Position numbers and translations under genes: made by a program. From NCBI GenBank assembly GCA_010909165.1, contig VJWM01000108.1, forward strand, positions 620,001 to 684,000: a stretch of DNA of 64,000 bases. The letters run 5' to 3'. This document shows, one piece after another, positions 9,401-23,074 of this stretch. Position 1 is the first letter of the stretch. Each line of letters starts with the position of its first letter. This stretch comes from Anthoceros angustus (lineage: Eukaryota; Plantae; Anthocerotophyta). The notes under the pieces were generated by a model. The model saw only the letters and a list, made by a program, of their open reading frames with translations. It was not told the DNA's origin and made no database searches.

Positions 9401-11860
9401 AAAATGGAACATGAATCCTGCAACTTCAGATATAGTCGAGCCAATCATCCCATGTCGTGGCAACCTCTATGAACCTGATGATCAGCCAGATGATCTTGCT
9501 GAAGATGCATCAAATGTAGATTTAGATGGACAACCTGTTTCTTTGCCCGAACCTAAACCTGAAGTTTCTCGGGTCCAGCGGGATGCTCTCCGTCGTTCAG
9601 AACGGCATAGACCTCCACCTGCCGACTGGAAAGAGCCTTGTTATACTTCCATTGATTTCCGTCGGTCAGTGGGAGTTTGTATCCCACCACATATCCCACC
9701 TGTATTCCTTGCTGAAGCATTCTCAGGACCAGATAATGACAAATGGATGTTTGTTGTGGATGTCATGTCGTGTGACACTAATTTCTACACTTGGGTTTAG
9801 TGTTTGATTAGCATTAATTAATCTAATTACTTATCTTTAAGTAAGTAATTAGTATTAATTAATCTAAAGTATTTATGTTAATTAAGTGTTGATTATTATT
9901 AATTAAAGATGGTTAGCAATAGCTAAGTGGATAAGCTCAAGTAATATGCTTTGGCATATTACTTGCATATTATAGTATATTCTTAGGTTATTGCCAGATA
10001 CATGACATGCAAATAGGATATCTTAGGAATATGCCGATGCCAAGGGCTAGTATATATGGACCCTTTCACAGAGGACAAGCTCAGATCATAGCTTGTCCTC
10101 TAGATATGCAATGCAAGAGTGTTGTGAGGAGGCCAAAGCTATGACTCCGAGAGCGATGTGTGAGGAATTTGCGTGTTGTTCTCGTGGGGAGAGTGTGTTT
10201 GTGCCACGATGTGCGAGCTACTCTCTCCTATTGTTACTGGTTTGTACCTATATTTGCGTATTAGATTTGTTTTATTTGGTTGTCTGTTGAGGAAGTGCTC
10301 ATATGAATGCAAGTGCTTACCTCGTCCGACATGGACGATGAGTATAATAGCTTGATACAAAATGGTACATGGAAGCTTGTTCCTCGCCCTTCAGGCCGTA
10401 GGCCAATAACCTGCAAGTGGGTATTCAAGCATAAACTGAATGAACCTGGTGAAATTGCCCGTTACAAAGCTCGCTTATGTGCCAGGGGATTCACACAAGT
10501 ACCTGGACTTGAGTTTCACGAGACATTTTCTCGTGTTGTACGTTCTCAGTCCATCCATCTCATGCTTGCTCTTGCTGCCGAATATGATCTGGAATTGCTT
10601 CAGATAAACGTTAAGACGGCTTTCCTCCATGGTATTCTGGAAGAAGAGCTCTATATGGAACAGCCCGAGGGCTACGAAGATCCTGCCCATCCAGATTGGG
10701 TCTGCTAGCTTATTAACTTATATGGCCTAAAACAGAGTGCAAAACGATGGAATGCTCGCTTTGACACTGGCCTTAAGAAACTTGGTTTTCGACAGAGCTC
10801 GGCTGATCCTTCGATATATATCTATGAAGATGGCTCTTTCTGTGTTTTGCTAGCAGTCTACGTTGATGATGCTATTCTTGCTGCAAATCACATTGCATTG
10901 TTAGCTCCTGTCAAGACCATGTTGCGAAGCGAATTTGAGATGACAGATGTTGGTGACTTAAGTTTTGCCTTGATAATCAAGTACTCCGTGTTCGGGCACA
11001 AGGCATGCTCATAATCCACCAGCATAAATATATTTTCGAGATCCTGCATCGTTTTCATATGGCCAATGCTCATCCTGCTTCAACACCAGGTGCTACTGGA
11101 ATGAAACTTACCAGGTCTCACAGTCCGATCACTGCTGCAAATAAGGCTGATATGCAAGATGTTCATTATCGCCATGCCATCGGTAGCCTGATTTTTGTTA
11201 GCAATTGGACGATGCCTAATATCACCTATTATGTCAACACTACTTCCCAGTTTTTGGAGTCTCCTGGACGCAACCACTAGACGGCTGTTAAACGTATATT
11301 TCGGTATCTTAAGGGAACTCATCATCTTGGCCTTTGTTACAAACATACAAGCAGTCCTCTTACCTTACACGGTTTTGCCGATGGGGATTGGGCCTCTGAC
11401 AGCGATTCACATAAGAGTCTTTCTACATACATCTTCCTTCTTGCTTCTGCCACTATTACCTGGAGTTGTAAGAAGTAGTCCAGTATCACCTTGTCAAGCA
11501 CCGAAGCAGAATATAAGTGCCTGATGCTGCTAAAGAAGCTGAATGGGAAAGGTCTTTTCTTAAGTCAGTCAAGGAAGAGCAGTTGTCCCCTACCTCTTTG
11601 TATTGTGACCCTCAGTCGCTCTTGCTCTTGTTGCTCATCCTCGGTTTCACGCCCGGACTAAGCACATTGAGATCTAGCACCATTATGTTAGAGATGCTGC
11701 TGCGAGGGGTATTATCAAACCCCTTTATATGCATACAGAAGCCAACACAGCTAACATCTTAACAAAAACATTGCTGAAGCATAAGCATTATACACATGTG
11801 TTTGTTTTCTAATCAACGTCAAAAAACACTTGTAACATCATAATTTTTGAAGGGGGTGAA
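9400..11860 (+). mobile_element. Degenerate Ty1/Copia pol (RT and RNase H) ending at a probable polypurine tract
   Basis: RYKARLCARGFTQVPGLEFHETF, QINVKTAFLHGILEEELYMEQPEG, YVDD, RNase H WSCKK and TLSSTEAEY, ANILTK; GAAGGGGGTG at about 11848-11858. Confidence 0.92.
9761..10331. mobile_element. Solo LTR inserted in Copia RT, copy 2
   Basis: TGTC...GACA with TGGA target-site duplication (9757-9760 / 10332-10335). Confidence 0.85.
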
Positions 11861-12199
11861 TAATCTTGAAGGGGTTTTCTGTAAATAATCTCTGAAGGGG
11901 TTTTGATGGGCCCTAAAACAGCGTTTTTAAGGCATTCCGAAAAACATCTCCGAAAAAAGGGTGTCACCCACTAAAGTTCCAACTTTCCATCCAGAAATAT
12001 TTCTATCGAATGGTGGTCGCAAACTCGAACCTATGGGATTAATGCAAAGTAGGAACGGTAAGGAAGGTTGTTCCTTCCGGGAAGGGACGACTGTAAATTC
12101 AGTTTTTAGAGGAAAATGTGGTTTAGTAAGGACACAACAAAAGCCACAGACAGGGTATTTCCAAAACACAGTAACATCTGGAACCAGACGTACAATATT

Positions 12200-14900
12200 T
12201 ACTCTGGGACCCCGTGACAAACCATGATTTCAGTTTCACTCATCACCAGAGTTCAATCCTTCGTCATCACTTGGTCCAGATTCTCCAGCATTGTCATCAC
12301 TATCTTGCGCACTTTGACTTCCTTGGTATGAAGCAGCAACTCATGAGCTTATCCCTTATCGCTTTTGTCCACCGTGACACATGTTTCGCTGCTCAACACA
12401 AACCCATAATACAAGAGCCAAAAAATCGCAGGGGGACTAGGAAGAGCGGGTGGCGGAGGACGGACATCAGTGGATCACCCAGCAGCAGCCATGGTCGCAA
12501 AGGCAAAGGCGCCAGAATTCAGCATGAGGCAAATGTCCAGGGGGAGAGAGAATGAAGGAGGACTAAGAGGGCATCATGCAGGTGCCTTTGATATCGGCAA
12601 AGGCCAGTGCACAGATGGAGGCCAAGGGGGGACAGTACGTGGGGGGGACGCTGCGGATAACATGGACGCATCCGAGGAGGCAGGTGCTGAAGAGGACGAT
12701 GTGCCTAATTTCGTGCCAGGCACATATCTTGCAGCCTCGGAGGCTGAGAGCATGGACCTACATAGTGGAGCCCCAGTTGAGGCAACGCCACCTGCGATAA
12801 AGGGTGGCGGGCGAAAGAGGAAAAGAGGAGGAGGAGTAGAGGCGCAGGCCGGTGGCGTAGTCCATCGCACACAAGTGTGTTTCTTCCCACATGTTCGCTG
12901 GCCCCTCCGTCCTCCACCACCCGACCGCCTCCACACTTTGTTCCCGCTTCTCCAACGATGTCGTCAATCCATCTCGATCCCAACGGCCTCCACCTCCGCA
13001 AACATGGCCGCCACCTTCCGGCCTGCACTCTCCACATCTTCTCCAAGATTTTCTTGCTGCCCACTTGATATACCCCTGCCGCCTCGCCTCCATTCACACC
13101 ATTCCTGTGCACGTACCACTCAACTCTCGTGATCAGGGCACCACAATTTCGGCCCACATCCACACTGCTTCTCCGCCGCCTCCCCTCCTGCATGCTTCGT
13201 GACCGCCTGCCCTGGCCCACTTCACCGCTTACTATTTCATCGCCGCCTTCCACCCTGCCAGCCTCGCCTCCTCCGCCTCCTCCTCCCAAGCCCCTTCCGT
13301 GCCATCTGCATTCCTTCCTAGCCTCCACATCCACGCCGCCACCACGTGCACCACCGCCGCTTCCACCCCTTCCTTCCGTCTAAAGGCCACCATATCGAGG
13401 ATCCATCTCCAATTCAATGTCATTACAAAATGGTCATTTCCTTGTTCTCCTTGCAATGGCCTCCTCCGTGTCTTGTCATACACTCCACCTTACCATTGTA
13501 GGAACTCGCATGTAACCCCCACTATCGCTGACCGCCCACAGAGGTTGCATGGAAATCGCCCCTCTTCAACCTCCCATACTCGCCTCTTCTTCCTGGAAAC
13601 CGCCCATGCCGATTCTCAAACCTCACCACCACCAAAGACGCCTCCCTTTCCCCATGGGTTTGGACCCATCCCCGTTTTTGGCTAGCCTCTTTGCTGCACT
13701 TGCACGATGGCTCAAACTTCCTCCTCTTCAACTCCATCCGAGCCCATGCAAGTGCATCTTCCCACTTTGTCATCCACCATGCTCGGTTTCTTCCCATGTC
13801 CTCCCCTCTACCATTTCCTCTAGCCGGGCAGCCTTCCACACATCGAGAATTGCGTGTCCGCCATCCGCGAGAAGTGTCTTATGCCGGACTTGACCACTGT
13901 GTCTGGAATGCTTGACACGGATTTCACTAACCGTGCTTTCTCTCTTTCTAACGTCCGCCATCTTGCACCCGAGTTCATTCACAACCTTCGTCCTCACCAA
14001 GACTACCAGCCTGCCTTGTCAACTCACGAACAACATCGGAGTCCCCTCCCCCTGCTTCATGTGGTTTTGCATGGCCTCCTGCAGCCATTTCACCCCATGC
14101 TTGTTTATCAAGGCTTTAACAAGTGCATCGTTGTCCACCGCACTCACCGCGCCAGCAGCATCGAGACGCTGCGCGCTATCATCACCGCGGGTTAGAACAC
14201 CACCCCCTTGCACAAATTGATTGCGCCATTCGAGATCAAGTGCTCGGCCGGAGGTTCCACATGTGACTATGTGCCTGCTTGCCCGGCCCTTCTCGATTCC
14301 CACTTTCCCTTCTTGCAATCCGCCACCGCCCGCCCCTCGGTTGCCTCCCTTGTCTCCATGCTTAAACACCGCCAAGATGCGTGCCCTGTGTTACCCGCTT
14401 GTCCACCATGCCCACTCATCCTACCGCAAACTTCGTGCGTGGCACACTTGCCGGCATCACTTGCGTTAAAGCGAGTCCGACAACCAACCTCATCCGACGT
14501 AAATAGCTCCTCCTCTATTTCGCTCAATTCTGCACGCAATGCTCCAACTCCGCATCCGTCGGCCGGAGGTTCCACATCTCGACGCCAAAATCAACTCCTG
14601 CTCAGCAGCCATCTCGCCCGCCTACCTACCGACCGCTGGCGATGAGGAGGCCGCTTCTTGGTCGCCGATGTCCGAATGAGGCACTGCGGTGGATGAGCGA
14701 GATACCCGAGGCCGCTTTGCCCCCATCCTCCCCACCCGATACGGTCCATCGTCGTCGCGTGCGTGCGCCCCTTGGTGTTCGCTTTACTCTCCGCCTTCCA
14801 GCCATACAACCGGTTGTCCACCGCCTTCGTTCCATCTTTGAAGGCAATGGCTTCCTCTCGGTGAAAGGAGCGTGCCATGAGTCCCTACTGTCGCATTCAA
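12200..14900 (-). pseudogene. Fragmented gene downstream of the CACTA transposase, probably the element's second ORF
   Basis: GC-rich, broken reading frames on the same strand as the transposase, with an acidic C-terminal stretch (SQSAQDSDDNAGESGPSDDEGLNSGDE*). No domain recognised with certainty. Confidence 0.4.
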
Positions 14901-15353
14901 GACTCCATTTTGAAAAAGCTTGTTTGCAAAGGCCGGTGGTCATTTATCGCTCGGCCGGACCAGCGCTGCACTTGCTACTTGCCCATAATCACAACAGTTT
15001 TCTGAGCACAACCTCGACAGTCTGGGGAGCAATATTCATGTCCCATTGGTTACGTTGTGCGTTACTCGTGATGTAATATATTGCCCAAATGGCGCACCGC
15101 TCTCAATGCGCCCATTACTCCATTTCAACATTAATCATCGTCTTCCACTGACCATTCCCACACGTCACTTGGGTATTGGCACATTCTGCAATTGGATAAT
15201 GTGCTTGTTTGTTTGGAAATACTTTAATGCCCACTTGGCATGCTGGTTCTGCCCCCATCCGTCACTCAAACGACATGCCACAATCTATGTGCGCCAGCAT
15301 GGGTTCCTCCTCTCCATCCCTCGGAGTAGGCACGCCAAGGCCCACCGCTTTTC

Positions 15354-17250
15354 CATCGCCTCCGGATGCATCATGCATCGAGTTACCGCGATGGCCACAC
15401 AAATGGACCATCGATGGAGTGCACCGCATACCGGAAACCTTCTCGATTCACAAACTGTACGACTTCCGCAATGATGGCCTTGTCCCTCCTGGCCGACACT
15501 CATACCATCAAACCTTCAACAAAATTGGTTTATACTCCTCCGAGAACTGCATCCGCAGTATTTGCTCTATGTGGCCGTAGAAGACGCGCTCCTCTTCAGG
15601 TTCCCCGATAGCCCCTTTCCCACTCATGATAAACTTTGCGCACACTGCACTATCCTTTGTACTCCGGCGCCGTTTGTCTGCCTCCGCTGTTCTGAGGTGG
15701 CTGCCTTTGTTCCACATGTGACTATGTGCCAATGCTTGCAACGCAGGGCCATCCATGATAGCCCTCACTGGGTCATAGCAGATGCCCCTCCCAAGCGCTC
15801 ACCGCCCTTCTTCTGCACCCACCTCTTGAAACTTCGCTGCTCCTCATGTGCACCGTACATCCTCACCTCTTCGTCAGACATGTCCAAAACGGCTGCATCA
15901 CCTTCGTGATACACATAAGTATGGGCTGGCGCACCTCAACGGCATCCATTGTGTGCGACCGACACCCAACTTTTCTCCCACACGGTCCTCGGGACTCCAT
16001 GATCCACCGACGTGACCATAGTAACGCGAGGAATGACATGCAAATGCATACTCTCCTCTCTCATATACCCCACGGCTATATCGGACTGGCCTACACCCGC
16101 TCTGGATCCTAAGTATCTCTCCACCGGTACATCCACCGTGTGCACTGGCCCAATGCGACCACCTCGTCCACTAAATGTATTATGAGGTGGGTTGATATAT
16201 CAAAGACCTTTGGAGGAATTGCTTTTCCAGAGCACATCACCCTGACCTCTTCTCGTTGTGCTTGAATTTCATGGCCTAGATTGTCCACTGGCAAATCCAT
16301 CCATCGCCTCCGGATGCATGCATCGAGTTACCGCGATGGCCACACAAATGGACCATCGATGGAGTGCACCGCAAAACCTTCTCGATTCACAAGGTCAAAC
16401 CCGTGTCGACTTCGCAGATGGCCTTGTCCCTCCCGGCCGACACTGCACCATCAACCTTCAATCTGGATTATACTCCTCGAGAATCGCATCCGCAGATTTG
16501 CTCTATGTGGCCGTAGAAGACGCGCTCCTCTTGAGCTCCCGGCAGCCCTGTCCACCCATGATAAACTTTGCGCACTCACTATCTTTTGTGCTCCGCCGCT
16601 TGTCCGCCTCCGCTGCTCGAGGTGGCTGCCTTTGTTCCACATGTGACTATGTGCTGCTTGCAACGCAGGCCATCCATTATAGCCCTCACTGTGGTCATAG
16701 CAGGATGCCCCTCCCAAGCGCCACCGCCCTTCTTCTGCACCCACCTCTTGAAACTTTCGTTCCTCATGTGCACCGTACATCCTCACCTCTTCGTCGTACA
16801 TGTCCAAAAGCAGCTGCATCACCTTCGTGTGATACAACACATAAGTATGGGCTGGCGCACCTCAACGGCATCCATTGCACGACGACACCCAACTTTTCTC
16901 CCACACGGTCCAGACTCCATGATCCACCGACGTGACCATAGTAACGCCGGAGGAATGACATGCCGAAATGCATACTCTCCTCTCTCATATACCCCACGGC
17001 TATACTGGACTCTGGCTCGCGCTGGCGCACTGTCCGCTTTCTGGATCCTAAGTATCTCTCCACCGGGTACATCCACCTAGTGTGCACGGGGCCCAATGCA
17101 GCCACCTCGTCCACTAAATGTATTATGAGGTGGGTTGATATATCAAAGAACTTTGGAGGGAATTGCTTTTCCATAGAGCACATCACCCGCACAGCCTCTT
17201 CTCGGTGTGCTTGAATTTCATGGCCCGGTATTGTCCGCTGGCAAATCCAT
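15354..17250 (+). repeat. Tandem duplication of about 950 bp within the transposase
   Basis: CATCGCCTCCGGATGCAT at 15354 and about 16302; junction microhomology TCCATC. Confidence 0.9.
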
Positions 17251-17757
17251 CTGTACAGCCGGCCCAATTTCACAACCGCCTTGTACACCTCTGGGTCTAT
17301 GCACTCAAGGACGATGGGAAGATGATTTCCGGCATGATGTGCGCCATGGCACTTCAAGCCCACTTTGCCCCCTCTAATTTCGCTCCTATGTTAGACCCAT
17401 AGCCTGGGCAGCTTTATGCGTTTAATTCTCTATGACTTGACGGAGGTCGCCTTTCGCCAAAACGTAAGACGCCTCGGGGCAATGGCCTCTCCACCGCCAC
17501 AACCACCTTTTCCCTCCATTGGCTTCCATGTCCATCCTTGATGCTAGGTCGCCTCGCTCCCGTCAAAGTGTGCCATATGGCCTCGCATTGTTCTTTTCCA
17601 CGCATGACATCCTTTGGCGCCATCACAAGAAGGTGACGCCAATATGGGAGCACCCTAAACAGAGAAGACATCCGCGTTCCAAAATTTCCTCATTGCGGAT
17701 CTCGGCGGTGGCGCACCTTCTCTGCGTACCATATCATCACCACATCATCAAACGCTG

Positions 17758-18650
17758 GTGGTGGGGACGGAGTTCCGCCGTCCATCGTACTCACCCATGT
17801 CTTCCCACCGTCCGCTATCGCCTTCGCAACCACCTCTGCCAACATAAACTGCTTTTTAATTGATGAGAATAGCGGAATCCAGTCCACCAAGAATCCACAC
17901 ACGCCGGGTCCCTTTCACTTGCAATCCGATCGGTGCCCAACCCCCAACTCGGTAATGACGCTCAACACCGCACCTAAAATGCCTCCTAGGATCGCTCACC
18001 CAGATTGAAAAGTCTTCCATGTCCACCCCTCTCCACAACTCTTCCGGTTCTTCTACCGGGCGCCATATAAACATCAAAATTTTTACCATGCCCGGTCTGG
18101 TACAATGAGAGGCATGATGACATGGGCGTCCTTTGTGCAAGCCAGGAGGCATGTTGTGAACGAATAGCATAAGCGGCCATATGGACGTGTTGATGCACTG
18201 CGGGTGGGGACGGAGTTCCGTCCATCGTACTCACCCATGTCTTCCCACCGTCCGCTATCGCCTTCGGGCAACCACCTCTTGCCAACATAAACCGCTTTTT
18301 AATTGATGAGAATAGCGGAATCCAGTCCACCAAGAATCCACACACGCCCGGGTCCCTTTCACTTGCAATCCGTGGTGCCCAACCACAGGTAGTCGGCAAT
18401 GACGTTCAGCACCGCTGCTCGCACCCTAAAATGCCTCCTAGGATCGTTCACCGGTATTGAAAAGTCTTCCATGTCCACCCCTCTCCACAACTCTTCCAGT
18501 TCTTCTACCAGGGGCGCCATATAAACATCAAAATTTTTTACCATGCCCGGTCCTGGTACAATGAGAGGCATGATGACATGGGCGTCCTTTGTGCAAGCCC
18601 AGGGAGGCATGTTGTGAACGAATAGCATAACTGGCCATATGGACGTGTTG
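17758..18650 (+). repeat. Tandem duplication of about 445 bp within the transposase
   Basis: GGTGGGGACGGAGTTCC..CCATCGTACTCACCC at about 17759 and 18203. The first copy carries many deletions. Confidence 0.88.
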
Positions 18651-19409
18651 ACAGACCTGTGACCAAAGGGGTTGAAGCCGTGCATAATGCCAACCTCAAG
18701 TTGCGAGGTTCATCCTCGAACCCTTCAACCGCATCAAATACTCTCCATGTTGGGGTGTCTCGCCATCATGGACATGTCCCCATTCTCGCTTTGCCTCCCG
18801 ACATACCAAGTCATCATCGTGCTATTTCCAGATTCAACATGCGTTTCAATCGCGTCTTGAGGAAATGCCGAGGACCTTATGGGAACAAACATCTCGCTCA
18901 TCAAACCCTTCCTTGTACAGGCGTACACATCGAGGGCAATGGACGCCCCGCGTACTCACCGAATAGAATACAATCTTTTCACAAGCATGGATTTTCACGT
19001 ATCTTGGCCCAAACATGTGCAACATCGACTTTGCCTCGCATACATGTCCTTGACTTGTTCGAACAAAAATATCCACACTTAAGAGCTTTAAAAGTGTTGT
19101 CACAGTGACGTCACTGATGTCATACATGGTTTGCCACGACAAGAACACAGGTTGCGCTTAGCTGCTTTCGATTGGACTTCCTCTTCAATGTGGTATAACG
19201 CGTTCGCCCGCAAAGGCACCGTCTGGACTCCATCCCCGCGCCCATCGCAACATCCGTGGCTTCCAAAGAACTCGCCCACTGTGCACTTGTGCATATCATC
19301 ACCTCCGAACCTCATCCATACTTTCGTCGTCGGAACTACTAGTGTGGTCGGTAGGATGGCCACCGTTCCCTCTGCCGACCCATCGAGCCGTATCCGAATC
19401 CTGGGTGGG

Positions 19410-19640
19410 GAGACGCCAAGACGCCGCTCTTCTATGCCGCGTGTCTCGCCGACCGCAAAAGCCACCTTAAAGCTAGAATTGGAGTGCATTTGCTGGCCAT
19501 TGATGCGAGAGAACTCCACGCGGAGGTGCGGAGACGCCAAGACGCCGCTCTTCTATGCCGCGTGTCTCGCCGACCGCAAAAGCCACCTTAAAGCTAGAAT
19601 TGGAGTGCATTTGCTGGCCATTGATGCGAGAGAACTCACA
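19410..19640 (+). repeat. Tandem duplication of about 121 bp
   Basis: GAGACGCCAAGACGCCGCTCTTCTATGCCGCG...GCGAGAGAACTC at about 19410 and 19531. Confidence 0.9.
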
Positions 19641-22600
19641 GCGGAGTGCCGGGCGCAGATAAAGGAATTCTTGAAATGTGCGGAATACGAGCTCGCGAGC
19701 TCGCGACAGGCGGGACAATACATGTACACCGTGACCGCATTTCGTGGCATCCTCCCTGTGGTCGTGATCCGTAGGCACGGCAACCACAAAGAGCAAAGGT
19801 GGTACATCCGTATCCGAACGCCCGTCCCCACCGTGTGCTATCATGACTTCATGACCCATAAACATGCATACACGTAGGACCGGAACGCTTGCGTAAACCA
19901 TGGACGGAAGCACAAACGCCACCGCTTATGGAGATCCCGCGTCGTGATGACACCTGGGTAAGTCGACCGACGATCGGGGCAAAGTACGCCGAGCGATGCA
20001 CGCAGCAGATCGGGCGGACAAGAACCTCGCGCCGGACATGAGCAACAAAATTTGCGCGACCGAGCCACCACCGCCTTCCAATCCCAACTCGGGCGACGAG
20101 AGCACGGTTGGCGAGCACGCCATCGGATGCACGCAATGTTCGCGGTCGCCGCAAGCCAGCGGCGTGGAAGCTGCCGGCGTTATGTCAAGCGTAGCCGACT
20201 CTCCGACGGGCCGGAGATTGGGCGTAGTGTGGGTGACACCGCAATGGAAAGGGAGGATCTGCGCTGGCTAGCTGGTGGCACCAACGGTCGGGATGGTTGA
20301 CACGCGTCCATTGCATTTGGGGATGCGTGTTTTGATTTAAAGTTGATTACACACAATCCGCAAAGTTCGACAACGGCCTTGATCGTCCTAAGCTTGCAAG
20401 CATGCGAGAACAAAGCGTTCGGGAGGAGGCGCCTTCCCCTTGGTGTAAACAACCTCCTTCATGTCCACTGCTCACGGCAAGGAATAGTGTTGAGCTCATT
20501 GTCTCAAAGTCTCAGACACCCATGTTGCGGCGCCATTCGTGGCATCAACCCAAGGCCGCAGAGTGCTCCATGCTCTCGTCCAACGCATCCCAATTCCATT
20601 CTGAAGTGTGTAGCTTGACGTGGCCACGGACGTGAAGCCCCACATCGGCAGCTTGTTCTATCCAAAAACAGCGACTCAATTTCGCAGAACCTCCTCCTTG
20701 GATCGTGGCCTCTGCAGAATTGTAGCTCCGAATGCGGTTCGCCTCTTCTTCCCATGGAGGAAATGTGGCTTGACCGGCTGGCACTCCGTCAGCGCCCGGA
20801 TGCCGCCGCCGCGATTGCTCCTCCACTTTCCTCTTGCCCTTCGCATCACCCGGGCCGGATCGGTCCCTCACGGGAGGGTGGCGTGTACATCCGCCTTACC
20901 CTTCTCTCTCAATCTCCCTTTCGCCTTCAACTTCCGAGGCTTGCCACCGCAATCCTTGCCAATTCTTCCATCGAGGTATGCAATGGACCGAATCTAGAGA
21001 ATGCCTTGTGCATCTAGGAGGAGAAGGCAAGAGCACCAATCACCATACTTTGTTTATTACGCGTGACTCGGAAGGGCGTGCAGCGGTGACTTGTCATGTC
21101 CGTCATGATGGGCACCAAACCATACCCATCCATTCCGCCAAGCGCATGTGATGGTCATCGAGTTTTATTGGGTGACATGAGAAGTACACGTAGTGATCAA
21201 AGAAGAAGGACTTTCCCATCCCAACGTTTAATTACGGTAATCATATACCCCACATTGTGAGGTATAAACCGTCCCTAGTCACACGACGACCGCCGTGATC
21301 CGTAGACGAAGAGCCAAGGCGGCGGCACTCCATACCAGGTCCTTGATGGCCGACAAGAGGAGAGCAACCTCCGTCCATCATCCTTGATGGCCATCGCCAT
21401 TGATGGAACCGCAGCCTCGTCCTTGATGGCATCGCTTGCTTCCAGCACAGCAACAACGATGTGCAAACACTTCGCAATGATCCACAAATGACAGGTGAGG
21501 CGGAATGTTGCAAATGCGATTCCACAACACTTCACACCGCAGTATGAACTTGTAGGTTGGAGAAAAGGGCCAAACAAAAGTGTTCACATGCGGCGCGCCC
21601 CCAATCCATACTGCATGCGGTCACCAACACCATGCCCGCACTGTAGAAGGAACCACCTCGCCACCGAACGGCAAGACGTGAGGATAGCAAGAGGAGACAG
21701 CCCACGCCGTGAAGGCGGGACACCGCCCCAACATTCCCATATGATCCTTGATGGCCATCGATGATTTCCGTTTTGAAGATGGAGACATGGCAGTCATGCA
21801 CACGCCTCGTCCGCGAGCTACCGGATACCCCACGGTGGTTTCGACTAAGCTCGCATACTTGAACATGTCCATAGATGGCACAAGGTAGAGCGAGGAGGCG
21901 TGTTTCACTGGAAGACAAGCTCGCCTCGATGCGAAGATGACCAAAACAAAGGTAGTAGCGAAGCGAGGGCAAGGTGGTGACATTTAAAGCGGAACACCAC
22001 CACCTTAGGCAGCCTCTTGTCCACCGTGCCACATCGGGTTGCGGATGAGAGGATCTTGAATTTCAGCCGTTCCTTACATGTGAGAAAAGGAGACATGGCA
22101 GTCACGGCGTCATCAATGGATTGGCGGTAAATTCATGGAGGGTGGGGTGGGGCGGGCAAAGAGGAGCGGAACACGAAGGTAGATGTCATGTCTCCCAAGG
22201 TCTGGAAATCCTTTGCGACAGTGACGCCAAAGTGACGCCGAGCTGGCCACCGGCGCCTCCCAAGTGTGAATACACGTGCTCGCCATGTGACGCTTTGATT
22301 GGTGGATGCACACGGAGTCTCGAGCGATGCACATCATTATATGGGAGAACGGAATTGGCATATATATGGCAAATTCACATACGGACGGTCCTTCATTCAT
22401 GGCATAATGAATGGGGCATTTAGTTTGCTTGAATGGCTCTCACGTGCCACCCACCGTCCTTGCACAATGGTGTAGAAGAAGGATAATAAACAGAGAACGG
22501 GCGTCTGCCATTCACACGACCTTGACATGGCATGTTTTCTACCATGCCCGGCTTTTCAAATATTAAATGGCTTCACCACACCTTTCTTGGACAACGGTGG

Positions 22601-23074
22601 AGAAGACAAGTTTATGCGAGAGATAGGGAGCCATTGTCTTGGTTCATGGCGGTTGTTATAGGCCATGACATTGTCATGGCCTTCAACATAGGGACCATAC
22701 ATGGCATGCATGGAATGGCATACGTTGACACGAAGGGTTTACACATCAAGTGCTGAAGGCGCATGGCAAGCCAAGGTTGCGGTGGCATGCACGCCACAAG
22801 TCTCCTCCTCTCCTCTTCCCCCTCCCCCACCTCCCGCGCCGCCCCACTCCACCACTCCCCACACCCCATGGCCACCGCCATAACGCCACCACGTTCCTCG
22901 AATGTGGTCGCGACATCGCGCGCATGGCTGGATCGGTAGGCAATGTGGTATGCGAGAACGGGCATAAATATAGCAAATTAACACATGCATGGTCCGTGGA
23001 GCATGGCGTTCTAAGTCGGTCTTGCTTGAATGGCATGCCACATCCGCGCATTACAGACGAAATGGCATTGCGAA

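Larger units (their letters stand above)
6866..10736 (+). repeat. Head-to-tail tandem duplication of about 1.93 kb (6866-8792 / 8793-10736)
   Basis: Both copies start AAAGTAAACGTGCAACATCG and end TTATATGGCCTAAAACAG. Each contains the CRE fragment, Copia fragment and solo LTR. The copies differ mostly by small indels. Confidence 0.93.
15040..20000 (-). mobile_element. CACTA/EnSpm-superfamily transposase (TnpD-like), fragmented and internally duplicated
   Basis: YVKIHAC..CPRC; GFNPFGHRS.NTSIWPV.LFVHNMPPW.CTK..LIVPGP..FDVYMAPLVEELEELWRG (Transposase_21-like); FPPKFFDISTHLIIHLVDE..GPVHTRWMYPVERYL (DUF4218-like). The 5' boundary is approximate. Confidence 0.92.

Noticed and set aside
11969-11980. 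CACTA pentamer as left TIR of the large element
   Set aside because: It is followed by AAGTTCC, does not match the family TIR, and lacks the CAA TSD implied by the end at 28452.
21532-22032. Possible SWIM zinc finger or pogo-like DGH motif
   Set aside because: Cys/His spacing is not convincing and there are no supporting transposase motifs.
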